This document shows positions 12,919 through 24,922 of a stretch of DNA of 64,000 nucleotides, piece by piece; within the stretch, counting starts at the first letter, position 1; each line of letters begins with the position of its first letter. The notes below the pieces were generated by a model. The model searched no databases. It had not been told where the DNA came from and saw nothing but the letters and a program-made list of their open reading frames with translations. This stretch comes from Podargus strigoides (Eukaryota): positions 17,824,261 to 17,888,260 of the forward strand of contig CM051622.1 in the NCBI GenBank assembly GCA_028020825.1. Reading direction: 5' to 3'. Made by a program: the position numbers and the translations under genes.

Positions 12919-13193
12919 TGAAGATAATGGACAACACACTCGTATCCTTGATGACGAAGAGGAAATGCCAGGCTGTGATACTCGGCCATCTGTAGAGAAT
13001 ACTTTCTTTGCCAAGTGCTGGAAATATAAAATAAAGACTCTTGCAACTGAACTTGATGTTCACAGAGAGATGCAAAATACTCAAGTACAAGAAACGTTTT
13101 CTGTGCGAAGTCATCAGAGTATTCCTGCTTTACCCAAGTCTCCATCCAGCCCTGATGTCATAATAGAAGAAATATTTGAAGATGACCTAGAAC
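12919..13193 (+). CDS. RNF17: RNF17 exon (H EDNGQHTRILDDEEEMPGCDTRPSVENTFFAKCWKYKIKTLATELDVHREMQNTQVQETFSVRSHQSIPALPKSPSSPDVIIEEIFEDDLE), phase 2 in / 1 out
   Basis: ORF-track frame 12965..13297; acceptor ttttcccaaatacag| and donor c|gtaagt. The exit base c plus gt of the next exon gives CGT(R). Confidence 0.6.
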
Positions 13194-16100
13194 GTAAGTT
13201 TCTTAATACCCGATGCTTTCAATATTCTGTTGTTGACCATGTTTTTAATGTATTTTGTCTTATTTTGTGTGTTTGTAGTTATCCTCTGCTCATATGAGTT
13301 CTTCAACCATGTCTATATATCACTTTACCTTCCTTTGAGCTAGCATCATTTCTTTTTTGTCCTTCAGCTTAGCTTAGTGAAAACTCTCATAAGTTCTGTC
13401 TGGATGATTGTTTTTGACTCTTAGTGATTACAGTGCCCCTCAGAGTTTCTGACACTGGCTCCTGGAGGAGTTTTTTCTGACAGTTCCCTTGGCTTCCTGA
13501 ATCTTCTCCCAAGGCACTGTCTTATGTTAACTGGCAATAACAATTAGGTTCTTGAGCTTGTCAGGTTTTCCCTGGGCTGTGTTAGTGAGAGTGTAGCTGA
13601 CAGGTCCAGGAAGTGATCCTTCCCCTATGTTAGGCTCTTGTGAGACTGAATCTGAAGTACAGTCTCCAGTTTTGGACCTTGTACTATCATACCAGAGCAA
13701 TTCCAGCAGAGCCTACTAAGCTGGTATCCAGGAGGTGCTCAGGGATAGGGCTGAAGGTGGTAGGAAGAAATTGGAACATGGAAATTCCATTTAGATAGTA
13801 GGAGGGAGAATAGATAGATGGCGTTCTAATAACACGTTTAACTTAAGAGCAGTGTATGTCCACAACATACCTAGAAAATCCCTATGACTTGTAATGCTTG
13901 GGGAGCATGTGTAGTAGAGGTGGTATGTGAGAGTAATTGTGGTAACTTATACTTGTGATCAAGGTGAAATTTCAGAGCTTAGGCACAACTGTATAAAATG
14001 GCACATTCCAGAACCACAGTGACTTCACAAAACTCTTGTCAGAACAAAATTCCTTCAAATTGCAGTTTTGCATGAGTTTTGCATGTCTTGAGTTGAAGAA
14101 CTTTAATTAAAGTTTTGTAATCTTGGAATTAGCATGTGGGCTGACCGTGTGTGCATCTCTTTCCATCACATCAGATAGAAGAATTTTTGCCTTTGCAGTA
14201 CCCTTACATTACATGTAACTTCTCTTTACTGTGTCTGCTGCTTTAATACATATGTATAAATACATAACTAACCTAATTTATTAAACTTTTCTCCTAAAAC
14301 AATAAACAGAATTTCCCACAGAAAATCCTGCTGATGAACAGAGGAAGGAACTCTTCAATAAGGAAACACCTTTTCAACACAAAGCTGGTTAGTGGTTTTC
14401 CTATCTGGTAAATGGTTTCGTCTACTAGAAGGGACCCATCATCTAAACAGTGAGGGCAAACACTGAAATTTATTGGGGAGATGGACATGTATGTTAGCGT
14501 TCTAGTTGGGATGAGGAATGTACTAGGAAGGAGATCTCCTGACCATCCCTAGTTAGCATGTATTTGCTCACATGTAAGAGAAGACTTGGGGCACACGAAT
14601 TGATTTCCTTCCAGTTGAAACTAGTCTGGGAGATGCTTCCAGTGCAGGTGTCATTCTTAGCATCAGCTGTTTTCCTCTGCAAAAACACTCCCTGGTCTTC
14701 TCTCCTTGCTGATGTAAAGACTATACCATCTTTCAAGATTTGCCATAAAACCTCTTAGTTGGAAGAAGCAGCACATGAAGTCCCAAGCAACTTTCAAAAA
14801 TTCAACTTTGGCAGTGCTTCTCAACACCTGACAGATATTTGACATAATGATACTGGTGCTTGCTGTGAACAGTAGGACCCATTTCTTAAGTCTGTAGTTT
14901 GTATACTGAATTTTGAACTGTTCTTCCTCCATCTGTGTTTGGGTTTCTGAATTATGAGTGAACAGATAAATGTACAAAACTGAGAGTAATTTGAGGAAAT
15001 AAGTTACTTGGTTCAAAAATTCTGTAGGCACAGTTTGTGTGGTGCTTTGAGCTTTGTTCATTGTTGAGTGTAAATGGTAAAAAAAGTTGAAGAGTGGAGA
15101 TTGCAGTATTGGGAAAGAAAAACCTGAGAAGGTGACAGACGAAGAAGCGGATGTGGAAAATACTGCTGCAAAAATATGTGCCTTAATCTAGGACATAAAA
15201 TAATATCAGCAAAAAAAAAAAAAGATTAAGGAAATTGCTTTTTGTTGTTGTTGTTTGGGTTTTTGCTGGTCTTGTTTGGTGGTGGGTTTTTTTTTTTTAA
15301 CCTCAGATGTGCTCTCCCCTCACAGTTTCCTGTCCAGTAACTTGTGAATCCACTGACTGCTCTTAATGCAGCTTGACAGAGTATTAGGGAATTTGAGCAT
15401 TTGAAGTCCATAACAAATACTGTGGAGATAAGTAGTTAGCAGAGCAATTCTCCTCATGTCCATACTGAAGTTAGTGCAGTGTGTGCTCACCCTTTATTAG
15501 ACATCAAAGAATTTGCATGGAGAAACACCTCATAACTGTTGCAGTCGTATGGTATTTGACAGACACTTACGTTTGCATATCTCTCACATATACACTAGGA
15601 GAACAAGATCTTATGAGAGGAAATGGTCATAGAATTACTTGATGTGATTGTTTTTACCAGTCATACACTAAAATATGTATTTTGTGCAATGCTGGACTTT
15701 TTTTTTTTTTAATATGGAAAGCATAATTTGAAGTTTGATATAACAAGTATTTCATTCTCCCTTGCTAGTAGAGTTATTTATAAGACAATATTTAATTAAT
15801 TTTTCAAATCCTTTTCAGGTAGCTGTGGTTTGTTGGGATTTTTGTTTGCATTTAGTTTAAGGAGCATTCTCACACAGCTTAAATCTCTTAAATCCAGATC
15901 TCTTCTGGATCCATCTGGCTGTAGTGATCCACAACTGGCCCAGCTCCTGTTGCTGTTTTTGGCTAGAGGTATCAGCCTCGACTTACCTCCACTGAAGTAG
16001 CTGTTAATTACCTACTTAAATTCAGGCGACCGCTTTGTAAGCAGTCAGAGAGCCTTTTGTTTTGCCGGGTAGCTTAAAGGAGGTAGTTCAAAAGAGTGCA

Positions 16101-17323
16101 TTTAATCAACAAGCACACGTGGTAGCTAGTTTGAAACAAGTGTGAGCAGACTTGTCATGTTAAAATCTATTTGAAGTAATTTTATAATAATTAATGCAGC
16201 ATAAGCCTAATCACATGTCTGATAATGTTTTATGTCTTACTAAGGTTCATCAGAACTAGTGTTTGTAAGCCATGTTATAAATCCGTGCCACTTCTATATT
16301 CAGAGATACTCACAGAAGAACGAAGCAAGGGCTTTGGAGAAGAAATTGAAAGACTTCGGTTGTAATAAGAGTTTGTATCTCTTGCCGTCGGATGTTTTGG
16401 AAATAGGTAAATTATTAATTACTAGAGGTCTGCGTTAGCTTGAGACACTATCTTGCAGTATGTCGTCCTTAGTTTAATCTTTTTTTATTCTTTTCTCCCC
16501 CACCACCACCCACTTTACGTAGTGAAGCAGTCCTTATATATTCTGGAATCTACAATTAACGTTTTTTTGGGAAACATTGTACACACTGTTTGGCAAAGTA
16601 GACTTTTATTAAATCATATAAATGAAAACGGTAGAAGTAAAAAAGACTGCAGTTCTTCTCAACCTCAACAAATTGAGTGCTTAGAGTAACCAGCAGTTGA
16701 AACACCTGGCTGTAAACTTAATGTTTTCCAGCACTAGGTGGTAATTGTTAACTGCAACCTTTTCAGTATACTGATTTTACTGACTAGCTTAGTTCTTTCA
16801 TTACTTCAGTAAATGAGCTTTCTCTCATGCAAGCAACATTCCCTTTGAGTGGATAGGTGATTTTTTTTGAAGTTCACCAACTGGATAGAAACCATTCTGG
16901 AAGTAAAAATGAAAGACAATAATGGATTGCTAAATCACTAAAAATAATTTTCTAGCCCACTTGTTGTCACTTCTAGAAGGTGTTTAGAAAACTGGTAAAA
17001 AGTATGTAATAGCCCTCAACTTCAATGTTTTTTTGCCACTTTACTAAGAGATATAGAAAGTTTTCCAGAAACTAATAAAAGCCAAACACGTCCTAGCCTT
17101 TACAGAGATTGTGTAAGTGAATGTGGAGAGAAAACTTCTTGTGGCTATCGAGACAAGGTTTTTAATGTCTTTGTGTCTTTATTTGAGCAGTAGCACTCTT
17201 ACTACCTGTGTGCAAGATAGGCAACAATGGAACCTTATACAGAACTGTAACAACATTTCCAGTGTGAAATACCTACAAATACTGAATTTAGTCTGACTTT
17301 TTTTTTAATTTGCTTTTGTATAG

Positions 17324-17513
17324 GTGCTAGAACTTTTATTAAGAATAAGGAAACTGGAATGTGGTGCCGTGGAACTATCACTGAACTGATTCCCCTACAA
17401 AGTGAAAATAAGAGGAAGCCTTATCATCCAATAAGATACAGAGTTTGTGATATTGCACTGTTGGAAGCATTCCTGATTGATTTTGGGAGCTCTGTAGTTC
17501 TAATTTTCTCAGG
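17324..17513 (+). CDS. RNF17: RNF17 exon, Tudor unit 1 core (R ARTFIKNKETGMWCRGTITELIPLQSENKRKPYHPIRYRVCDIALLEAFLIDFGSSVVLIFS)
   Basis: ORF track 17359..17571; canonical Tudor core motif; acceptor tttgcttttgtatag| and donor g|gtatgt; phase 1 in / 1 out. Confidence 0.7.
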
Positions 17514-17917
17514 GTATGTTTACAGAGAGAGGTTTTTGTCTGCAATTGTTGTCCTTGACTGTTGTTACTAAAGAAGATCTCTACTAAGAAACAAGTCCTC
17601 CCATCTGCATCACACAAGCAGATAACCAGTTACATCCAAATGACACTAGTGTTCTGTACGTACATACACGGCCAGTTTTCCTGTGGGAAATACGTATGTA
17701 CAGGCCTTCACAGGTTAAAATGTTTAACTGAGATTTGCATTGCAAAAGAGAACATGTGAGTCCTCCCGTGTTTAAAAAGAAAAAAAAAAGGCATTTCATT
17801 GAGATGTTCTAGTTTTGTCAATGACATTATGCAAGTTATTGCAATAATAACCTTTATTTGGGGTTTTGTTTTGAGGTTTTTTTTTGGTGTTGGGTTTGTT
17901 TTCAATTTTCATTGAAG

Positions 17918-18114
17918 CTAGTATTGCTTTTATTCCCATTGATAATAGATACGTTCCCGATGAAAGGCCTGAACTTGCCACTCTGCAAACTGTTGAAACA
18001 GATGACATTTGTTTGTTTCTGAGGAAGCCTGATCAGCATACTGAGGCAGAACTTGAAGCCATTCGTCCTTTAGCCGTACGGTGTTCATTGAAGGATATTG
18101 TTCCTAAAAATGCA
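17918..18114 (+). CDS. RNF17: RNF17 exon, Tudor unit 1 C-terminal part (ASIAFIPIDNRYVPDERPELATLQTVETDDICLFLRKPDQHTEAELEAIRPLAVRCSLKDIVPKNA)
   Basis: ORF track 17884..18162; acceptor ttttcattgaag| and donor gca|gtaagt; phase 1 in / 0 out. Confidence 0.65.
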
Positions 18115-19211
18115 GTAAGTAAAAGCTGTTTGTACTATTTCAGGAGATTTTTTTCTTTCTAAGATTTATATTCAATATTATAGTTTACCGTTATCTTATT
18201 CAGTATAAACAGAAGGAAACTCAAGATGAGTACAGGATATATTTTATTTTTAAGACAAAAGTTAAATTATCTCTTGTAAAAAATATGGGTTGCATTGGTT
18301 TAATTGGAAGGGAACCAAGCTTATAGCAGTCCGGGTTTACAAATATATATTTCAAGTTTAAATCTCACCACTCTTATTTTAGACATTTTCTTTTGTCTGA
18401 TTTAACACCAAGTTGCAGAACTGGTACTCTTATTTCATGGCTGGCTGAGATCTTTATACAAGTAGTAATTTTGAAAAATCATCCAAATGGAATAAATGAC
18501 TTCAAAAATTTTAAGAGAATCTTTTCAGGGGTTGTCCTTTATTACTTAAAATTTGTTGTCACATATTGAGAACTGTTATTTCTTCTCTTTCAGTATAACA
18601 ACAAATAAAGTACTTGTCAGCATTTATTCCCTTAGGAAAAAGGACATATATTGCAGCATTATTTTCTTCAGTATTCACTTATTTATTAGGCTTGCTTTAT
18701 TTTTGCAACATTCATGTGGGAATGAACTATGTCCAACACAGCTGTGCATTCTAAAGTATAACTGCTGGTTGCTTTTGTTGTGGAGAGGAGGAATGTGTAA
18801 ATTGACCAAACTATGTTGTACATTTGTATAAAGACACAAAAAGATAAGAATAAATTTTCATACTAATTGGGAGAGCAGAAATGTAAGTCATTAGATGGAA
18901 CAGCGTATGACAACTCTGATTTATCAATCAGAAGAATCAGAGGGGATGAAATCTTGAATCTTTAAAAGAAATGTGGTGAAAACTGCAGCCCTTTGATCTG
19001 ACTCAGTTTTATACAGTTAAAAATCCATTGTAGAAGAGTACTGTTTACTTCTGTCTTGACTATGGACTAGGCAGTCTAACAGTGTGCAGTATTTCATCTG
19101 TTCAGATGTGTCTGTGCTCCCTTCCTTGCTTCTACTTTATTTTTAATTACTATTTGTATTTTTTAACATTCTCTGATATCTTCAGTAACTTTTTCTGTCT
19201 TCCTAACACAG

Positions 19212-19402
19212 AGTGAAGGTTGGGGAGAGGAAGCAAAGACAAAATTCTTAGGAATGGTGAATGATAAAGTTGTTTTAATGACCATATTTAGAGAAGAGGA
19301 TGGTGTTCTCATCGTGGATTTGGAAAAACATCCTTTTAATAAAACAAGCAGTAACATGCCAGTGTCTCTCACATATGCCTTAGTTTTTTTAGACTTGGCA
19401 AG
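19212..19402 (+). CDS. RNF17: RNF17 exon ([63 protein letters not shown])
   Basis: ORF track 19254..19469; acceptor ttcctaacacag| and donor ag|gtatgt; phase 0 in / 2 out. Confidence 0.6.
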
Positions 19403-19924
19403 GTATGTGTTTTTCTTTAGTATATGCCCTCATGTCACAAATGATAACAGCAGCATAATTATAAAGTGAAGTTTACCAAGCAATTTAGTTTTGCAGTGTT
19501 TGATAAATTAACAAGTGATGTGTTAATCTTCAGCAATATCTGTTTATTTCCTTTTTTCACCTTCTCTAATAAGCACTGTGGCATACTCATTTGCATTAGT
19601 CAGGGCTCTGGATAATGAACTTTCTTTTAGAAAAAATATAAATTTCTGTGAAAGTCTGAATAACAAGGGGGGTGAACAGAGAAGCTCTTAGTGTCTACTA
19701 CAGATAGAAAACCATACAGAAATCAGCTTTGTATCTGTTTGATTTGGCTGGTAGGCAGTGACAGGCTGCTCAGCACATCTGAACCAGCCAGGTGACATGA
19801 TGCATGTAGCACAATGAACAGGCGAAACGATGACAGGGCATAAGGATGAGCTTCATGTTGATATCAGGACAGAGGAAAGCTGCATTGGAGGGAGCAATGG
19901 AAAAGGCAGGAGGTAGAAAACACG

Positions 19925-20010
19925 AGTGTTTTGGTGTTTGGGTACAGGGGCGTTGGAACTAGATGATCTTTGAGGTCCCTTCCAACCTAGACCATTCTAT
20001 GATTCTATGC
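19925..20010 (+). mobile_element. CR1 extreme 3' end, sense
   Basis: ggaactagatgatctttgaggtcccttccaacctagaccattctatgattctatg, including the terminal ATTCTATG repeat. Confidence 0.7.
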
Positions 20011-20509
20011 AAGTCTGTAGGAAATTGTAGTTCATTTTGCTGCATGCAGAGAAAGGTCTTTGTTTATATTTGAGCATAACTAGTTATGGTGGTGTGGACA
20101 GTGGGAGGTATTTTTTTTTACTGCATCTGTCTTCAGGCAATTGCTTTATCTTACAAGTGAGGAAAAGGAAATCTAAAAGTAAATAGTTTTGTCAATATAG
20201 TGGATTCTAGCCTTTTACTTTTTTTAACAAATGTATGCTACTGCATGCCAAATAGCAAATTCTTTTTAGGAGCCAGCTGCCATATGTCATTTTTCATATG
20301 TTACATTTGTTACACAAGAAGCATTACAGAGAATGGGCTGTACCAACTGAAAGAAGGAAAGTTCAAGCTATTTGTACAAACATGAATTAAATTATTTTTA
20401 TAAGACCATTTTATGATTTTCATGGGAAACTTGAAATTTGAATGTAAAATAGTTACATCTCACTTAATTTTGACAGAATTTATTCAAAATTTCGTTTTGT
20501 TTACCTTAG

Positions 20510-20648
20510 GTTTAGATTGCCGCTTCCCAGTCAGTTAGAAAATAATACTGTCTTGCAGTATAGTCCACCTAAGATTCCAGAGGGAAGAGAAGAAGTCTGT
20601 GTTGTAGTTTGTCACATTAATAGTCCAAGTGATTTCTATCTCCATTTG
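20510..20648 (+). CDS. RNF17: RNF17 exon, Tudor unit 2 N-terminal part (R FRLPLPSQLENNTVLQYSPPKIPEGREEVCVVVCHINSPSDFYLHL)
   Basis: Acceptor tttgtttaccttag| and donor ttg|gtaagt; carries the VxVxHxxSPxxFY motif of an extended-Tudor N-terminus; phase 2 in / 0 out. Confidence 0.65.
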
Positions 20649-20887
20649 GTAAGTTTAGCAATAATGTCTATTTAAATAGAAATATTTTAATGTTGAGCTA
20701 CTTGTAGGCCACATTAAATAAGCTACAATTTCCATTAACTTCTGTCTCTTGTTACCAGTTTTAGGGTTCCTAGAATTAATAATTTAGGTTAATTTCTACA
20801 ATCCTAGGTTAACCTAGATTGATTCCAAGAATTCTTAGAATTCCGGAAAGTTAATATTTTTGTTGGTTTTGTTACATGGTTAATTCC

Positions 20888-20910
20888 TCTGTGTGTGTGT
20901 GTGTGTGTAG
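20888..20910. repeat. (GT)n microsatellite
   Basis: gtgtgtgtgtgtgtgtgtgtag. Confidence 0.9.
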
Positions 20911-21118
20911 TTTCACTGTTTAGAGTAGTGATTGAACAGGGTAATATTCAACAATTGTTAGGCTCTTTAATTCACTTCACATGTTTGTAACCACTGTTTA
21001 ATTTGGGGGAAGACCTAAGAAGTACAGTAATGGAAAAAATGTCCCTTAAAAGAGCAAAAATACCATTAATAAAAAAAAAAATCTGATGTATACGTATGTT
21101 TGGTTTTTCTAATTTTAG

Positions 21119-21272
21119 AGAGATGGCCTGGATTCTTTGGCTCTTCCGAAGAAAATTCAGCCGGTATGTAAACATGACTATGGGAGAAACTTGGAAATTG
21201 CCTGCCCAGTTGAAGGCCAAGCCTGTGTAGTCAGACAGAAAGATGCGAACTGGTACAGCACAAAGATTATAG
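21119..21272 (+). CDS. RNF17: RNF17 exon, Tudor unit 2 core (RDGLDSLALPKKIQPVCKHDYGRNLEIACPVEGQACVVRQKDANWYSTKII)
   Basis: Acceptor ttttctaattttag| and donor g|gtgaaa; core Tudor motif; phase 0 in / 1 out. Confidence 0.7.
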
Positions 21273-21969
21273 GTGAAATATTGATTCTTTCATTCTAATG
21301 CTCGGTTGCAAAATTAGATGTGGTATTAGGCCAGAGTCACACTCTGGATATGAACAGTAACAAACAGCCATTATTTTTACTAGGCATTCTTATACTAACA
21401 TGTAGGTTCATAAAGTCAGTAGTGCTAATTCATATTACATGCTTGTCCTATTAATGGAAAATTTTATACATCTATTTTATTTTAAATGAAGAGAAGCAGT
21501 ATACTTCATTTTCTATGCTATTTAAATTCTATTATGGAATGATTCTAATTAATGTTTCACTTACTATTATAGTTTGAACTATAGATTTGTCTATCATAGC
21601 CAACCTCTGAGTGTAACTAGTGTGGATTAATAATTCCCCATAGTAATCTCGAAGGGGGTGGGGTGTGTACTTGTGCTGCCCTCCATGTTGCCTTCATGGA
21701 CAGTGTCAGCGTGCTTGGCATGTATTTAATGTGCCTGTGTCTCTTAAAGTGAGTAGACAGAAGGGGACCAAAATGCTAACTTGGGCATTTCAGGAACCCA
21801 AAAGAGCTGGCTCTTAAAGTATGTTTTTGAATTGGGTTATAGAACATTTTCAATGTGGCAATTTATTATTATATGGTGTAAATGTAGCTTTTGCTCTGAA
21901 ATTTTGGTGCTTTAACCGGTATCAGATATTCATTTTTTGTTTTGGTAACTTGGGTCATTTGTCTTGAAG

Positions 21970-22085
21970 GGCTGCCAAGTTGTCAAGAAGTTACTGTAAA
22001 CTGTGTTGACTTTGGCAACGTTGCTAACTTAACTCATAATGACATATGCAGAGAGAAAAAGGAGTTTCTGAGCCTTCCAGAAAAG
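21970..22085 (+). CDS. RNF17: RNF17 exon, Tudor unit 2 core part 2 (G LPSCQEVTVNCVDFGNVANLTHNDICREKKEFLSLPEK)
   Basis: ORF track 21942..22124; acceptor tgtcttgaag| and donor aag|gtaaac; phase 1 in / 0 out. Confidence 0.7.
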
Positions 22086-22260
22086 GTAAACGAGTGCTTG
22101 CCTGGATTAAATACTCAAAATTAATAGCATCTCAATGGATGGAAGGGGAAAGAGAGTGGTGTTAGCATTCTGAAGTAAATAAAATGTTAAACAAGTTCCA
22201 TTACACATGAGTTTATGATATGACATTTAATATGTTCTGGTTGCACACTGAAAACTCTTT

Positions 22261-22292
22261 CTTTTTTTTTTTTTTTTTTTTTTTGTATCATT
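22261..22292. repeat. (T)30 homopolymer
   Basis: Poly-T run. Confidence 0.9.
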
Positions 22293-23953
22293 CAGTTTTA
22301 AATGAAATCTAATGTTACTTTACAGTGAGGAGGTGTATATACATTGTGTTTAATTCATATACCTTATTTTACTCCATACTAAGTCAAATTAATTTTTACA
22401 TTCTTTCATTTTCAAATGGTGATCTAATAATGACCTTTTTTACAAATTATGGGGTTTTTCGGTTTATGGCATTTAAAGTTTAGTGCTTTCCTAGCTTTAG
22501 GTATGTAGGAGTTTCTTCCTTCTGACAAGGAGAAAAACTGAGTGGGAAATCCTCAGAAAAATCCATTAAGAGTTTGTCAGCTCTTGAGCATATGCCACTA
22601 GGCCTCCACACTTCAATTGTAGAGGAGAAAGGGCTAAGAGTTACAGATGGGTATATGACCACTAGAGAAGGGTCTAAAAACTTGACTCGTTATTCTCAAA
22701 TTTCAGCATTCCTATGCCATGTATAGGTTGTGGTGAAACACTCTGGCAAGGTGTCTACTCTTGAAGTTTTCATAAGAAATAACTTCATGTTGCTATTAAT
22801 GCAAGTAATAGAAAGATCAGCAGGCTTGAGTCTGCTTATGTGTTGCTGTTTCAAATCTTTTTCCATTTAAAAAAAATTTTTTTTGAGGATTTTAAATTCT
22901 TTGAAACAACATAAATGAACACAAGATTGCAAAATCAAGCATTTGGAAGGCAAGATTACCAGAAGTGTGGTTGCTTGTGCAGGTCTGTCCTGTTGCATGT
23001 AAGCACTGATAAGTCTTCACACGGTCACATGCTGTGTTGCCTGAAATGTAAGTTGGTTGTTGAAAAGATTTGAATTGGGCTATTACAAGAGAAGTTGGAC
23101 TTTTGTCAGCTCATTAGTACAGTTTGCAGGCTTTTTAATGGACTTGGGTGGTAGAGCAGTGCTTAATGTGGAGTTTTTGTCATCCGCAGCCCTTTCTTTT
23201 AACCTTTCTTATTTAACCTGGCAGTTTGTCTTATTTTCCAATTCCTCACTGCCTGTATCCTTAGAATATCTGCACAAAATATTCTTATTTCTATTGTCTT
23301 TATTTCCTTTCTCTCCCTTTTCCCCCCACCTATGTCACTCTTCTTTCAGTGCAATAAACAAGGAGGAAACAATAACATTCACAGTTAATTTAAAGTTCAG
23401 CCATAGTTCAGACACCAAAGTTTGCAATAAAGATGTTAAGCAGAGATTCTTTTAATCAAAGTACTTCATCTAGTCTGATTTCCTATGTGTCTTTTTTTTG
23501 TGTCTGTCTCCTAATTAATACCTTTCAAAAATCTGGCAGGAATTTTCTGACTTTGGTATTCTTGTGTCCCTGTGTTTAGTCCTTCAGATTTCTACAATGG
23601 TACAGTGATCTTAATCCTAGATGCTTTGAGTCTGATTTATTACGTCATGATAAGCAAAACAGGATGTCACCCCTCTGCAGTAATCTCTCCTGTCTGCGCC
23701 AATTTTGTGCCTAACCATAAAGAGAGGCAAGGCTTCTGTTTCAGCAAGAATGCATCTGAATTTGAGTTTCATGCTCAGCTGCCAGCAGGGAGAGGGGATC
23801 ATCTTAAATTAAATCAAATAATAATGTAGAACCAGAAGCCAAGGTCATGCTGTCTTACTGTCCTGCATGAGTGCAAAGCAAAGGCTGTGATATGGCTGTA
23901 ATGAAATGGTCTTGAAATGTGATAGCAGATAGATAATTTGAGTTATTCTTTAG

Positions 23954-24074
23954 GCAGTCAGGTGCAGGCTGGCTTGCATTGGGCCTTATAAAGGGGCAAG
24001 TGAGTGGAGCAGAGAAGCCAAGGAAAGGTTTGAAGAACTGACTGAAGATAAACTTATGCTGTGTGCAGTTGTTG
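23954..24074 (+). CDS. RNF17: RNF17 exon, Tudor unit 2 (AVRCRLACIGPYKGASEWSREAKERFEELTEDKLMLCAVV)
   Basis: Predicted from a phase gap between exons 21970 and 24805. Acceptor ttattctttag| and donor g|gtaagt. Fits the eTudor C-terminal pattern A..C.LA.i.P...W...A...F. Confidence 0.6.
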
Positions 24075-24804
24075 GTAAGTTATCGAGCGCGTATTAATTT
24101 ATATTTAAATATTATTTAATTGACTCAAATGTAGAAACACGCACTTTCATGTTTTAAACGGTATTTATTTGAAATGCTTCTGTTCATACTTGCGAGAGGT
24201 AGCCTGGAGCGAGAATATCTAAACATGAACTAATTGGAGGAGGCATAACAGTTATAACTTATGACAAAAGGTCTGTTTGTGTCTTGTCTTACGGACCACA
24301 CCAGCATTAAGTGATGCAAGTATCCTGGTTTATTAAGCTGGGCTTGCTTCCAAAAGTACTAGCTATCCTTGACTCTTCCTGATTTTATTGGTAGCTTGGA
24401 GTATGATTACTGCTGCTCTAAAACATAAAAAAAATTAAAAATTAAAAAAAAAATCAGATAGCACATATATGCCTTAGTAGGATTTTTCTCAATATTATTT
24501 ATTGTTAATATGCAGCTAGTTAGTTTAAACACCTGTAGAATGGTGGTTTGGAACCCATCTAATAAATCGGTTTCTTTGTACAAAAATATTTTGTAATTCT
24601 TGGTGTATTTTAAGTTAATCTTATAGATATGTGCAAAGCTAAGCTTCTACCTATTGTTTGTGTTCAGAATCAATGATTTTATAAATAAAATGTAATTTTA
24701 CAAAATTCTGTCTTTTAGTAACATTTGCTGTGCCTCCAAAACCATAAATAGTCTTTATACTGTCATTGCTTGGCATTAATTTTGTTTATATTATTCATTC
24801 ACAG

Positions 24805-24922
24805 AAATTTTAGATGATAACATCTTATCTGTTGAATTGTTTGACTCCTCTACTGTTCCTGGAAGAAGTTTTAGTATTAATTTCCAGCTAGTTAAAGAAG
24901 ACCTAGCATCCTACCTAACTGG
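24805..24922 (+). CDS. RNF17: RNF17 exon, Tudor unit 2 end (E ILDDNILSVELFDSSTVPGRSFSINFQLVKEDLASYLT)
   Basis: Acceptor ttattcattcacag| and donor gg|gtaagt; phase 1 in / 2 out; the exit GG plus g of the next exon gives GGG. Confidence 0.6.

Noticed and set aside
12777-13145. Minus-strand ORFs of 122, 95 and 68 aa overlapping RNF17 exon 12919-13193
   Set aside because: They are antisense shadows of a genuine + strand coding exon and intron, with no splice logic.
14663-15061. 132-aa minus-strand ORF
   Set aside because: It is intronic with no recognisable domain, and no minus-strand gene exists in this part of the window. It is chance ORF in AT-rich sequence, since stop codons are depleted on that strand.
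23057-23455. 132-aa plus ORF and the 23572..23829 ORF containing SPSDFY
   Set aside because: SPSDFY resembles the Tudor N-terminal motif. However, no splice-consistent exon could be built, and the phases close without it using the exon at 23954-24074, so it is treated as coincidence.
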